The position numbers and the translations under genes are program-made. Shown here piece after piece: positions 9,350 to 18,756 of a stretch of 64,000 bases of DNA (position 1 is the stretch's first letter; each line of letters begins with the position of its first letter). This DNA is from an uncultured Gammaproteobacteria bacterium. Lineage in GTDB: Bacteria; Patescibacteriota; Microgenomatia; UBA8517. Below the pieces are notes generated by a model that saw only the letters and a list, made by a program, of their open reading frames with translations, ran no database searches and was not told where the DNA came from. The DNA lies in the NCBI GenBank assembly GCA_964540475.1, contig CAZIMC010000001.1, positions 269,240-333,239 on the forward strand, in the 5' to 3' direction.

Positions 9350-10243
9350 ATGGCTTTAACCGATGCGTTAAATGATTTTTTGGGAAGAAATGAAAACATA
9401 AGGATACCTGGTGTTAGTGTTGTTGAGGGTAAAGTTAGTGTAATAGGTGGAAGGAGTGAACAGCAAGACTTCTTATGGACAGCTACCAAAAAAGACGGCA
9501 CGAGATGGGGGATTGTAGCCGATGGTCACGGAGAAGATGGAGCTAGAGTTTCAAAACTGGCAGTAGAGGTATTAATAAAAGAGTATGAACGTCTACACAC
9601 TCAACCAGATTTTGCCAATCGTGCAAAGTTCTCATTTAATCGCGCACATGCTTACTTAAAAGGTAGGTTTAATGGTGGAACTACAGCAACTGCTTTTGAC
9701 ATATTACGCAAGAATCATAGGGTTACTCTAAATTTGGCGCACGTTGGTGATACTAAAGGTGTGATATTTAATTTGGTTACCAATTCTAAAATTCATGAAA
9801 CAAGAGATCATGTGGGAGATAATCATTCGGAGGCTGAAAGAGTAGAAGAAGCTGGTGGATTTGTACGGCGGGGAAGAGTTTCTGGGATACTAGCTGTTAC
9901 CAGGGGGCTGGGTGATGAATATACAGGTGTTATCTCAGAGCCGGAAACAACCACGATAGAATTGTCGGCAGGAAGATATCTAATGGCAATCTGCACAGAT
10001 GGACTGATTAAGGGCCTAAGGAAATATTTAGAAATTAAAGTTGATGCAGATACCCCAGTAGATTATATTTTGAAATACTTTAGAACTTTTGGTTCAACAA
10101 TGTCAATGGAGCAGATAACAGAAAATCTTGTAGGACAAGCAGTCCGTGGCTTTCAAGAAAGCAGGCTTCGCAAGGGTAAGTCATTAAGGGCTTCTTATGG
10201 AGACAATGTTACTCTGGTTCTCTCCGGTATTGAGGTTAAATAA
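9350..10243 (+). CDS. PP2C-family Ser/Thr protein phosphatase
   Basis: Metal-binding motifs GIVADGHGEDG, LAHVGDTKGV and ICTDGL match the PP2C catalytic aspartate pattern. Confidence 0.7.
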   Translation: MALTDALNDFLGRNENIRIPGVSVVEGKVSVIGGRSEQQDFLWTATKKDGTRWGIVADGHGEDGARVSKLAVEVLIKEYERLHTQPDFANRAKFSFNRAHAYLKGRFNGGTTATAFDILRKNHRVTLNLAHVGDTKGVIFNLVTNSKIHETRDHVGDNHSEAERVEEAGGFVRRGRVSGILAVTRGLGDEYTGVISEPETTTIELSAGRYLMAICTDGLIKGLRKYLEIKVDADTPVDYILKYFRTFGSTMSMEQITENLVGQAVRGFQESRLRKGKSLRASYGDNVTLVLSGIEVK

Positions 10244-10844
10244 GTCTATTAATTTCCAGAAATTTCTGCAGTTTTTTATTAGAATAATATTGCCTTCCGA
10301 TTGATACGAACAGTTTGTTCATATCGGTCCAATATTTTTTGGGGACCATTTTTACCAGCTCTCTTTCTGTCTGGTCTGGTGAGTTTGTATTAACCAAACC
10401 AAGCAAATTACTAATTCGATGAACGTGTGTATCTACGGCAATAGCCGGTATCCCAAACGCCCTGTTCAGCACTAGATTTGCAGTTTTTCTACCCACACCC
10501 GGTAAACTCACTAGCCCGTTTCTGGTTTGCGGGATTTTACCTCTATATTCTTGCGCAACCAGGTTAGCCAATTTTTTGAGATATTTTGCCTTTGTAGTAT
10601 AAAATCCCACTGGATATATTAGCTTCTCAATTTCTTTTTCAGACAGCGAAGTTAGTGTATTTATATCCGGCGCCTTTTTAAATAGCCTTAAACTTGCCGC
10701 TAGGCTGACTTCGTCTCTGGTCCTCGCAGAAAGAAGGGTGGAGATTAAAGTTCTGTAAGGATCACCACCAAAAACCTCAAGTGGTATTTCCTTGTAATTC
10801 TTTTTAAAAACTTTGAAGATTTTTTTTAAAGTAGTTATTTTCAC
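10236..10844 (-). CDS. nth: Endonuclease III-like HhH-GPD DNA glycosylase (no Fe-S cysteine cluster)
   Basis: HhH-GPD motif LVSLPGVGRKTANLVL with catalytic Lys, and VDTHV with catalytic Asp. The C-terminus has no Cys-x6-Cys-x2-Cys-x5-Cys cluster. Confidence 0.78.
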   Translation of the reverse strand: MKITTLKKIFKVFKKNYKEIPLEVFGGDPYRTLISTLLSARTRDEVSLAASLRLFKKAPDINTLTSLSEKEIEKLIYPVGFYTTKAKYLKKLANLVAQEYRGKIPQTRNGLVSLPGVGRKTANLVLNRAFGIPAIAVDTHVHRISNLLGLVNTNSPDQTERELVKMVPKKYWTDMNKLFVSIGRQYYSNKKLQKFLEINRLI

Positions 10845-10910
10845 TTTTAAAATCCAAAGAGAACCAGCTGTAGCCGGTTTCTCTTTGTTTTAGTGTTCAA
10901 AATTGAAGAG

Positions 10911-11045
10911 TTACCCTCCAATTTTGAACATTGTTGTGCCACAAACTTCGCAAACTGCCTTCGTAGCTTTTTTACCATTTTTCATGGTAACAGCTTGTGC
11001 GTCTTTACCTTCTCTCTTTGTGCGGCACTTTACACAGTACATCAT
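10911..11045 (-). CDS. Small zinc-ribbon protein (DUF5679-like), 44 aa; not in the supplied ORF track
   Basis: Minus-strand ORF MMYCVKCRTKREGKDAQAVTMKNGKKATKAVCEVCGTTMFKIGG with CxxC...CxxC. A strong RBS GGAGGTGA sits 8 nt upstream of the ATG. It lies between two minus-strand genes in an apparent operon. Confidence 0.55.
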   Translation of the reverse strand: MMYCVKCRTKREGKDAQAVTMKNGKKATKAVCEVCGTTMFKIGG

Positions 11046-11077
11046 TTAGTCACCTCACCTCCTTTCAAATATTAATA

Positions 11078-11413
11078 CTAAATCTTACTGACAAAGTATA
11101 TCACCAGCTCCAGGCTTAAAATAAAGCCTGCAAGCATAATACTTTTAAAGACATCTCTCGTAAATGAGGCTGAATCCTCGTTTTTGTCCGAATATGCGGT
11201 ATTTTTGAATTTAGTTAATGTAGTACTACCGTCAAATTGCTTCTGCCTTATTTGCCCCTTGACATGAAGTTGCTTCCCCGTGGCTAATCGAGGATTCCAG
11301 CTTACCGTGAAAGTCTCTCTGGCCTTAACTTTCTGTCTTCGTGTTCTTCTTTTCGCCATGCTTATGATGATACACCTTAACCATAATAGTATATGTGTCA
11401 AGAGAAAAAACAT
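11078..11413 (-). CDS. Hypothetical protein (basic middle region, C-terminal TM); start uncertain (alternative ATG at 11359)
   Basis: ORF only; no recognisable domain. Contains MAKRRTRRQKVKARE...; C-terminal hydrophobic segment. Confidence 0.3.
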   Translation of the reverse strand: MFFLLTHILLWLRCIIISMAKRRTRRQKVKARETFTVSWNPRLATGKQLHVKGQIRQKQFDGSTTLTKFKNTAYSDKNEDSASFTRDVFKSIMLAGFILSLELVIYFVSKI

Positions 11414-11442
11414 TGACAGTACCCCGCTTTATTCATTAGAAT
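11413..11442 (+). promoter_or_regulatory. Sigma70-like promoter (TTGACA-18-TAGAAT) for the DUF4446 gene
   Basis: ttgaca at 11413-11418, tagaat at 11437-11442, about 65 nt upstream of the ATG at 11507. Confidence 0.35.
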
Positions 11443-11506
11443 GGTTAAGTTTTTAGTTATCCAGCTGCGAAATATCAGCTGGTTTGTATTTACATAATAG
11501 TAGTTC

Positions 11507-11956
11507 ATGACGATTGTTGATTTTGCCTTAATGGGAATTATCATTTGGCTTTTGGCTGTCACAGTCGGCCTGATTTATGTATTCCCTTTCTTTTTTAGGC
11601 TCAATAAGTCTGGAAAAGAAGAAAGTGTAAAATCCATACTTGCCAGGTTGTTATCAGAAGAGCAAGCAAAAAGAAGTGAGTTAAAGGAGATATTTAAAAA
11701 TTTAGATAGAATTGAGGCGGAAGGATCTACTCATGTCCAAAAGTTGGGACTAGTAAGATTTAATCCCTTTCCTGAAACTGGTGGCGATCACAGTTTCGCG
11801 CTAGCAATTCTGGACGGCAACCAAAATGGCGTAGTTATTACGTGTTTGCATGCAAGAGAGAGAACCAGAATGTATATAAAGCCAATTGCAAAAGGCAAAA
11901 GCAGCCTTACTCTTTCTGAAGAGGAAAAGAAGGCGATTGAAAAGGCGATAAAATAA
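11507..11956 (+). CDS. DUF4446-family protein (N-terminal TM)
   Basis: N-terminal TM, then ...LGLVRFNPFPETGGDHSFALAILDGNQNGVVITCLHARERTRMY..., recalled as the conserved DUF4446 core. Confidence 0.5.
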   Translation: MTIVDFALMGIIIWLLAVTVGLIYVFPFFFRLNKSGKEESVKSILARLLSEEQAKRSELKEIFKNLDRIEAEGSTHVQKLGLVRFNPFPETGGDHSFALAILDGNQNGVVITCLHARERTRMYIKPIAKGKSSLTLSEEEKKAIEKAIK

Positions 11957-11966
11957 CAGCTTTAAT

Positions 11967-13214
11967 ATGGAATCAGCAGTCAGTAATACAAGTAACTTAT
12001 CCGGGAGACGCAGCGTTCCTCCCAAGAAAAATCACAAGGTGACGTTATTACTCTCTCTATTGGGTGTATATCTTTTATCATCTGGTATCTCAATGGGGGC
12101 ATTCACATTGCTGGCAGGGAAAGGTGTTAATCTAAATATTGAAAATCTAAGATCACGTGTTGATTTGAGCCAACCTAAGACAGAAGCGTGTCCTATGAAC
12201 GGGCTCAAGTACACCAAAGATGAGAAAAAAATTTGGGACGATCGTCGCCCCATAACGGCAATAATAGAAAATCATCTTGACTCAAGACCCCAATCCGGAT
12301 TATCAAAAGCAGATATAATTTACGAAGCAGTCGCGGAGGGGGGGATTACCCGCTTTATGGCAATATTTTATTGTGGTGCATCAGAAGCCGATGTAAGGAT
12401 CGGGCCAATCAGAAGTGCAAGGATTTATTTTATAAATTGGGCAGCAGAATACGCAAATAAACCCCTTTTTGTTCATGTGGGTGGGGCCAACAATATATGT
12501 TCCAGCTGTCCGGGTGGCGTAAAGCCGGCCGGAACTACTGCTCGGGAAGTTAGAGCTATTGAGGAACTTATTACTCTCGGATGGCGATTTGCAAAAGGTA
12601 ATGCTTTAGATGCCGGTACTAATGTGGGCTTTCCAGTGGTGTGGCGAGATTACGAGCGTATTCCAGGTGCTGCCACAGAGCATACGTTTATGGGCTCAAC
12701 CGATAAATTGTTCGAAGAGGCTGAAAAGCGGGGATTTGGCTTTAAGGGTTCTGACGGGAAACGGTGGGATGAAAATTTTGTGCAATGGAATTTTTCGGAT
12801 AGCAAGTCTGCGTCAGGGGCAAAACACGCAGATATCTCGTTTAAGTTTTGGAATAATAAGCCAGAATATGATGTCACTTGGAAGTACAATTCAGACAGTA
12901 ACCAGTATCTGAGGTTTAACGGTGGGAAAGAGCATGTTGATATGGATACTAAACAGCAATTGAGTGCCAAGAATATCGTGATTCAATTTGTTCGCGAACA
13001 AGGACCGGTTGACAAAGAAGGCCACATGCTTTATACCAACATTGGTACTGGTAGAATTTTATTATTCCAAAATGGCCAAGTTCAAGAAGGAACTTGGAGC
13101 AAAAGGACTCAAAACAGTAGGACCGAATATAAGGTTAACGGCCGTGATGTCGAGTTTGTACCGGGTACTATCTGGATAGAAGCACTGCCGATTGGTAATA
13201 ATGTAAGTTATTAA
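11967..13214 (+). CDS. DUF3048-domain secreted/lipoprotein-like protein (YerB-like)
   Basis: N-terminal TM/signal; ...PITAIIENHLDSRPQSGLSKADIIYEAVAEGGITRFMAIFY... matches the DUF3048 N-terminal core. Confidence 0.55.
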   Translation: MESAVSNTSNLSGRRSVPPKKNHKVTLLLSLLGVYLLSSGISMGAFTLLAGKGVNLNIENLRSRVDLSQPKTEACPMNGLKYTKDEKKIWDDRRPITAIIENHLDSRPQSGLSKADIIYEAVAEGGITRFMAIFYCGASEADVRIGPIRSARIYFINWAAEYANKPLFVHVGGANNICSSCPGGVKPAGTTAREVRAIEELITLGWRFAKGNALDAGTNVGFPVVWRDYERIPGAATEHTFMGSTDKLFEEAEKRGFGFKGSDGKRWDENFVQWNFSDSKSASGAKHADISFKFWNNKPEYDVTWKYNSDSNQYLRFNGGKEHVDMDTKQQLSAKNIVIQFVREQGPVDKEGHMLYTNIGTGRILLFQNGQVQEGTWSKRTQNSRTEYKVNGRDVEFVPGTIWIEALPIGNNVSY

Positions 13215-13244
13215 CAATTAAAGACCATCTGCCCCCAACTAAGA

Positions 13245-13829
13245 ATGGCTAATTTAAGCGATATTATTACTTCAAAGGTTCGCGTAAAAATTTTAGAACT
13301 TTTTTTCTCCAATTTACGCGAAATGTACCATGTTCGCGGGATAGTGAGGGAGGTTAAGGAAGAAATAAATGCAATCCGCAGAGAATTAGAACGATTAGAA
13401 AAAGCAGGTATTTTGAAGAAAGAACCTCGTGGTAACAGGGTTTATTATTGGTTACGCCCAGATTACGAATTTTTTGGTGATTTACTTTCTGTAGTATCTA
13501 AAACGACTGGATTAGGAGTAAATTTAATCCAGAACAAAAACAAGATAGGAAAAGTCTCTTTTATTATGTTTTCAGGTAGATTTGCGAGATTCAAAGACAA
13601 AAAGCGCGACGATGAGGTGGAGATACTGGTTGTAGGAGAAATTATTTTACCTGAACTGGCGGCCTTAATAAGAATAGAGGAAAGTAAACGTGGCAAGGAG
13701 ATAAACTACACAGTTATGAGCCGTGAAGAATTAGATTTTAGGAAAAAACGTCGTGACCCTTTCCTTTTGGGAATTTTGTCGGGTAGTAGGACAATGATAA
13801 TTGGTGATGAGGAGGACTTGGTTTCCTAA
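13245..13829 (+). CDS. Hypothetical winged-helix (HTH) protein
   Basis: N-terminal ...SKVRVKILELFF...VRGIVREVKEEINAIRRELERLEKAGIL... resembles a wHTH. It lies directly upstream of secDF. Confidence 0.35.
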   Translation: MANLSDIITSKVRVKILELFFSNLREMYHVRGIVREVKEEINAIRRELERLEKAGILKKEPRGNRVYYWLRPDYEFFGDLLSVVSKTTGLGVNLIQNKNKIGKVSFIMFSGRFARFKDKKRDDEVEILVVGEIILPELAALIRIEESKRGKEINYTVMSREELDFRKKRRDPFLLGILSGSRTMIIGDEEDLVS

Positions 13830-13831
13830 AA

Positions 13832-15166
13832 ATGCCTTTTTCACCTGCTAAAAAGCTAATTGCAATATTTCTTCTAGTTTTAATCGCTCTTTATATAAGT
13901 CTGCCAAATAATATTCCTGTAAATATATCAGTTGGAACACTTAAAATTCACAAAGTGCTACACAAGCGGGCAATCGACATTAAAATTGGCGAATTCTCAT
14001 TTCAGAAACAGTTTGATCTTCTTTATGGTTTGGATTTGGCTGGTGGTGCTCACCTAGTCTTTGAGGCGGATACATTGGCGCTTTCAGATAGCGATAAGAA
14101 AAATGCGGTAGAATCAGCAAAGACAATTATTGAGCGAAGAGTCAACCTTTTTGGTATTTCTGAGCCATTAGTCCAAACTTCCCACTTTGAGGGAAAGGAT
14201 CGGATAATTGTTGAGTTGCCGGGAATTCAAGATACCTCCGATGCAGTGGAGTTGATAGGTGCCACCGCACAGTTGATCTTTGCTGAGGTTGTGGAAAACG
14301 AAGGATCGGAAACGTTATCGCCAACTCCGCTTACCGGAGCTGATTTAAAAAGAGCAGAGGTTGTTTATGAGGGAACAACAGGTAGGCCGGCAGTTTCTCT
14401 TAACTTTTCCGATGAAGGAGCAAAAAAGTTTGAGGAATTAACAGAGAAAAACATTGGCAAACCACTAGCAATCCTCCTAGATAACGACTTAGTCTCTGCC
14501 CCTCTTGTACAGGAAAAGATTTCTGGCGGAACTGCGCAAATAAGTGGTAGCTTCTCGGTTGATGAGGCAAAGAGTCTATCAATTCAATTGAATGCAGGAG
14601 CTTTACCAGTCCCTGTTAATTTGGTTGAAGAAAGAATCGTGGGGGCCACTCTTGGAGTCGATTCAATACAAAAAAGCATCAGGGCGGGAATTGTAGGACT
14701 TTCCATGGTAATGTTATTTATGATTCTAACCTATGGCAGATTAGGAATTGTTGCTAGTGCTTCATTGTTAATTTTTGGGATACTCACTTTGGCACTCTAT
14801 AAAGTGATTCCTATCACATTAACTTTGCCCGGGATTGCAGGGTTTTTGCTTTCCGTTGGAATGGCTGTAGATTCAAATATATTGATATTCGAGAGGTTTA
14901 AGGAGGAAAAACAAAAAAGAAGTATTGCAAATGCTTTAGAAGTTTCTTTTGGTCGTGCATGGGATTCAATCAGGGATGCAAATATTGCAACTTTGATTGC
15001 TGCGTTTATTCTAGCCAACCCATTTGATTGGACTTTTCTTCATATTTCAGGACCCGTCAGGGGTTTTGCCATCACTCTTTCATTGGGTGTGGCAATTAGC
15101 TTGTTTACAGGAATTGTAGTCTCGCGAAACTTATTAAGAGTGTTTGTAAAAGAAAGGAGTATATAG
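13832..15166 (+). CDS. secD: Protein translocase subunit SecD
   Basis: N-terminal TM, large periplasmic domain, C-terminal 5 TM block with ...LTLPGIAGFLLSVGMAVDSNILIFERFKEE... (SecD/SecF RND-like motif). Confidence 0.88.
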   Translation: MPFSPAKKLIAIFLLVLIALYISLPNNIPVNISVGTLKIHKVLHKRAIDIKIGEFSFQKQFDLLYGLDLAGGAHLVFEADTLALSDSDKKNAVESAKTIIERRVNLFGISEPLVQTSHFEGKDRIIVELPGIQDTSDAVELIGATAQLIFAEVVENEGSETLSPTPLTGADLKRAEVVYEGTTGRPAVSLNFSDEGAKKFEELTEKNIGKPLAILLDNDLVSAPLVQEKISGGTAQISGSFSVDEAKSLSIQLNAGALPVPVNLVEERIVGATLGVDSIQKSIRAGIVGLSMVMLFMILTYGRLGIVASASLLIFGILTLALYKVIPITLTLPGIAGFLLSVGMAVDSNILIFERFKEEKQKRSIANALEVSFGRAWDSIRDANIATLIAAFILANPFDWTFLHISGPVRGFAITLSLGVAISLFTGIVVSRNLLRVFVKERSI

Positions 15167-15232
15167 CACATAGCGCAAAGACATAGACAGGAGATTGGAA
15201 AGTTTGTTCCTATGCACTATTAACTAAACTTA
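15165..15232. repeat. Copy C of a palindromic intergenic repeat family (left arm agcacatagcgcaaagacatag, right arm ctatgcactattaact)
   Basis: About 80% identity to the left arm of the 20228-20300 copy (agcgcatagtgcaaagcgcatagtgcatgggg). Right arm shared with the 26040-26130 copy (cactatgcgctattaact). Confidence 0.6.
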
Positions 15233-16107
15233 TGGATTGGATGAAATATCGTTACGTTTACTTTTTAATATCTGCGCTTATTGTTGGTGCAGGCATTTTT
15301 GGATTGTTAAAGTGGGGTGTACGACTTGGGATAGATTTTACCGGTGGAACTGTAGTTGAGTATAAAGTGGATAGAAAGCTGGATTTTGGTCAGGTCACCA
15401 GAAGAATCGAAGATGTTGGTATCAAATTAGCTTCAATTCAAGAAACCTCTAATGAAACTATTCTATTAAGACTTGCTCCCTTGACCCCTGAGCAAAAAGG
15501 AGAAATTCATGTGGTTATTAATGAAATTGGTGGAAACGCTAGTGAGTTAAAGTATGAAACTGTTGGGCCAACTATTGGCCCAGAGCTTACTAGAAAAACC
15601 CTATACGCTCTACTTTTAGCAAGTACTGCAATATTCACATGGATTGCTTTTCAATTTAGGAGTTATAAATTTGGTGTATCCGCTGTATTGGCTACAATTC
15701 ATGATGCCTTATTGGTGGTTGGAGGTTTTGCCATTCTTGGTCATTATTTTGCAGCAGAGATTGATTTTTTGTTTGTTACGGCAATTCTGACAGTACTGTC
15801 CTTTTCGGTACACGATACAATCGTTGTATACGACAGGATTCGGGAAACCCAGAAAAAGACGGGTGGGGAAATATACGATCTAGCCAATAAAGCAATAAGT
15901 GAGACAATGGTGCGTTCCTTAAACAACTCATTCACCCTTATCTTTATGCTTGCTGCCCTAATTTTATTGGGTGGAGAAACAACTAGATGGTTTTCGGTGG
16001 CACTTCTAATTGGGACAATCGCAGGAACTTATTCTTCACCTTTTGTTGCTGTTCCCATTCTTGTAACTTGGGATAAACTGGAGAAAAGATTTAGAAAAAA
16101 CATTTAG
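15232..16107 (+). CDS. secF: Protein translocase subunit SecF
   Basis: ...GIDFTGGT... motif, C-terminal TM bundle with ...LSFSVHDTIVVYDRIRE...; immediately follows secD. Confidence 0.88.
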   Translation: MDWMKYRYVYFLISALIVGAGIFGLLKWGVRLGIDFTGGTVVEYKVDRKLDFGQVTRRIEDVGIKLASIQETSNETILLRLAPLTPEQKGEIHVVINEIGGNASELKYETVGPTIGPELTRKTLYALLLASTAIFTWIAFQFRSYKFGVSAVLATIHDALLVVGGFAILGHYFAAEIDFLFVTAILTVLSFSVHDTIVVYDRIRETQKKTGGEIYDLANKAISETMVRSLNNSFTLIFMLAALILLGGETTRWFSVALLIGTIAGTYSSPFVAVPILVTWDKLEKRFRKNI

Positions 16108-16118
16108 TTTCAAACTTA

Positions 16119-16694
16119 ATGAACAAGAAAATACTGCACCGCTTGGCACTGAGTATAATATTTATTCTTCTGGTTTCCGTAATAAATCATTTTGAGGGAG
16201 ATTTAAATCAAACACCAAAAGAGGATACTTCAGAACGGAACGGATCAACTCAAGAGGTTGAAGAAATCCAAGAAGTGATAGGTGTTTCTGGTGAAAAAGC
16301 AAAAGTTGCCAGGGTAATTGATGGGGATACAGTTGTGTTGGATGATGGGAGAACTGTTCGTTATATCGGGATAGACACCCCGGAAATTACGGGAGGTGAA
16401 GAATGTTTTTCCAGAGAGGCCAAGAACCAAAACGAAGAGTTGGTGCTTGGTAAAAATGTGATATTAGAGAAAGACGTATCCGAAACCGACAGATATAATA
16501 GGCTATTAAGATATGTTTATGTCAACTCCCCAGACATGGGGCAAGACATTTTTGTTAATGAGTATTTAGTTCGTGAAGGTTATGCTACGGTTTCAACTTT
16601 TCCTCCGGATGTTAAAAACCAGCAGAGGTTCATGGAAGCTGAAAGAAAGGCTAGGGAAGAAAACAAAGGATTGTGGGGAAGCTGTCCACTTTAA
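16119..16694 (+). CDS. Thermonuclease (staphylococcal nuclease / SNase-like), secreted
   Basis: N-terminal signal/TM; ...ARVIDGDTVVLDDGRTVRYIGIDTPEI... and ...RYNRLLRYVYV...DIFVNEYLVREGYA... match the SNase fold. Confidence 0.8.
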   Translation: MNKKILHRLALSIIFILLVSVINHFEGDLNQTPKEDTSERNGSTQEVEEIQEVIGVSGEKAKVARVIDGDTVVLDDGRTVRYIGIDTPEITGGEECFSREAKNQNEELVLGKNVILEKDVSETDRYNRLLRYVYVNSPDMGQDIFVNEYLVREGYATVSTFPPDVKNQQRFMEAERKAREENKGLWGSCPL

Positions 16695-17036
16695 CTACTT
16701 AAAATATTCTAACGACAGTGTTTCAAAGTCTTTATCAAGAACCTTTAACTGTTTCTGGATACTATCTAGTGCTTCCTGTAGTTCAGGCTTAAGTCTAAAA
16801 TCCAGGACATTTACAATATGTGCCCATTGCTGAAGAAGTTGGCCACGTCTGTTTTCAAGTCCTGTTTTAATAAACTGAAATTGTACGTGTTTACTTAACG
16901 AATGCCATTCAGCAAAGGTTGATAAATATTCCGGGTCATATTCACCCATATCGACAGCTTTTTGAAGCGTCATGGTTGGGGATTTGACAGTTGGTCGGCC
17001 TTTGTTTAACTTTTCTCCCGACCCATCAGGTTCCAT
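16695..17036 (-). CDS. Hypothetical protein
   Basis: ORF only, convergent with the thermonuclease gene; no motif recognised. Confidence 0.35.
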   Translation of the reverse strand: MEPDGSGEKLNKGRPTVKSPTMTLQKAVDMGEYDPEYLSTFAEWHSLSKHVQFQFIKTGLENRRGQLLQQWAHIVNVLDFRLKPELQEALDSIQKQLKVLDKDFETLSLEYFK

Positions 17037-17104
17037 AATTGATTATATCATTCACAATGTCATATTGAACGTGCCATAAAAATAGTGTTTGCTATACTTC
17101 GAAT

Positions 17105-18100
17105 ATGCGCTACTTTTCCACTTTCATTTCTGGTACAGAACAAGTAATTAAAAAATGGCTGGCAGAAAATATAGGTTACAGCTACATAGTAAAACTGTGG
17201 GACGGGCTGGTTATTTATGAAACTTCTGAAGGTATAGATAAGGTGGCTAAAATCCCCATATTTAACAACACATTTATCTTAACTGATACTTATGATGCAA
17301 CTACGGATATGTCGATCCACCAAATTGTCAGAGAAATTATAACAGGCAATACTTTAAATAATAACCCCAATTGGGTGAAAAAATATCGCACATTTCGTGT
17401 AATATACTCCATAGAAAACGAAATCAGTAAAGTTGATAAAGACTTACTTGGCAAGTTAGAGGGCTATGTTTCTGATAAAACTAACCTAAAATTAAATAGG
17501 GGTGGAGCCGATACTGAATTATGGATTTTGAAAAGAAGTGAAGGAGTTATTTTAACTGGCTTTAGGATTACCAAAAACCCAATTGCAGAAAAAACCTTTC
17601 AGAAGGGGCAACTTAGGCCGCAACTGGCATACATTTTAAACTATATTTCCGAGCCGAATAAACAGGATATATTTCTTGACCCCTTTGCAGGTTTTGGCGC
17701 CATACCGTTGGCAAGGAAAAAGTATTTTCCAGCTAAAGAAATAACCGCCAGTGACAAAAGTAGAGCTCAATTAAAAAATTTAAGCAAAACGGGCGGGGTA
17801 GTGATAAAAGACTGGGACGCGCTCAATTTAACGAAGCTTATAGACAACACCGTCAATAGAATTGTAACTGATCCCCCTTGGGGAATTTATAAACAAATGA
17901 ATATTCAAGTTTTTTATCAAAAAATGCTTAATGAATTTACCCGAGTCGTTAAGCACGGAGGTATTATAGTCGTACTAACCGCCCAAAAAGACATATTAGA
18001 GAAACTAATTTATGCTTCAAAAGATCTCAATTTAATGAAAAAACTAGACGTTTTAGTTTCCGGTAAAAAATCGGCTATATACAAATTAAAGAGGAAATGA
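17105..18100 (+). CDS. THUMP-domain RNA (guanine-N2/adenine-N6-type) methyltransferase
   Basis: SAM motif I LDPFAGFGAIPLA and motif IV VTDPPWG (D/N-PP-Y/W); N-terminal about 150 aa consistent with a THUMP domain. Confidence 0.7.
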   Translation: MRYFSTFISGTEQVIKKWLAENIGYSYIVKLWDGLVIYETSEGIDKVAKIPIFNNTFILTDTYDATTDMSIHQIVREIITGNTLNNNPNWVKKYRTFRVIYSIENEISKVDKDLLGKLEGYVSDKTNLKLNRGGADTELWILKRSEGVILTGFRITKNPIAEKTFQKGQLRPQLAYILNYISEPNKQDIFLDPFAGFGAIPLARKKYFPAKEITASDKSRAQLKNLSKTGGVVIKDWDALNLTKLIDNTVNRIVTDPPWGIYKQMNIQVFYQKMLNEFTRVVKHGGIIVVLTAQKDILEKLIYASKDLNLMKKLDVLVSGKKSAIYKLKRK

Positions 18101-18111
18101 GTACTGTACAA

Positions 18112-18714
18112 TTATTTGATATTGTCGAACCAGCAGACAATTTCAGGATTTTGAGTGTTTGCTAAAACTCCCCCGGGATTAATGCCCTTAGACCTTAATT
18201 GTTCAATTTTAGATAAATTATTATGTTTATTGACCATATAAAATCCAAGAATAAGCATGCCACTGGGGGATAAAAGACTTTTTACTTCGTTAAAATTATC
18301 TATCCTATCGGTTGTTCCAAAATCCCAATTATCCCAGACATTCCAGTAGATTAAATTGTATGAATTGGGAAGTCCCAGTTCGGATAGCTGACTAATATTT
18401 TCACTGGATAGTACTGAAAAATTGTTTTCAAAGTCTGGGAAGACTATGGTTTTTGCTTGTTCAATAAAGTTAGGGTTTGTATCAATGCCGTAAGGAATAA
18501 GTTCATGACTTTGCCACTCCTGCAAGCAACGAAGTAAAAACCCGTTTCCACACCCTATGTCTAAAATAGTTCCGGATTGATTAATTGCTTTACCGATAAA
18601 TTTTCGACCTAATTCCCAATATTCAAAACTTGGTGCACTGTACGAACTACCACGAAACACCTGTTTTAAATTGTCTGGAGAGGAAATTATCCTCTTAAAT
18701 TCTTCGGAATACAT
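18112..18714 (-). CDS. Class I SAM-dependent methyltransferase
   Basis: Motif I ILDIGCGNGFLLRCL and motif II/post-I acidic residue; small, about 200 aa. Confidence 0.7.
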   Translation of the reverse strand: MYSEEFKRIISSPDNLKQVFRGSSYSAPSFEYWELGRKFIGKAINQSGTILDIGCGNGFLLRCLQEWQSHELIPYGIDTNPNFIEQAKTIVFPDFENNFSVLSSENISQLSELGLPNSYNLIYWNVWDNWDFGTTDRIDNFNEVKSLLSPSGMLILGFYMVNKHNNLSKIEQLRSKGINPGGVLANTQNPEIVCWFDNIK

Positions 18715-18756
18715 CTATAATAATCCATTTCACTCTAAACAACAAAACTTTCAAAT

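Noticed and set aside
12610-12970. ORFs 12610..12912 (+) and 12650..12970 (-)
   Set aside because: Internal to and out of frame with, or antisense to, the well-supported DUF3048 gene.
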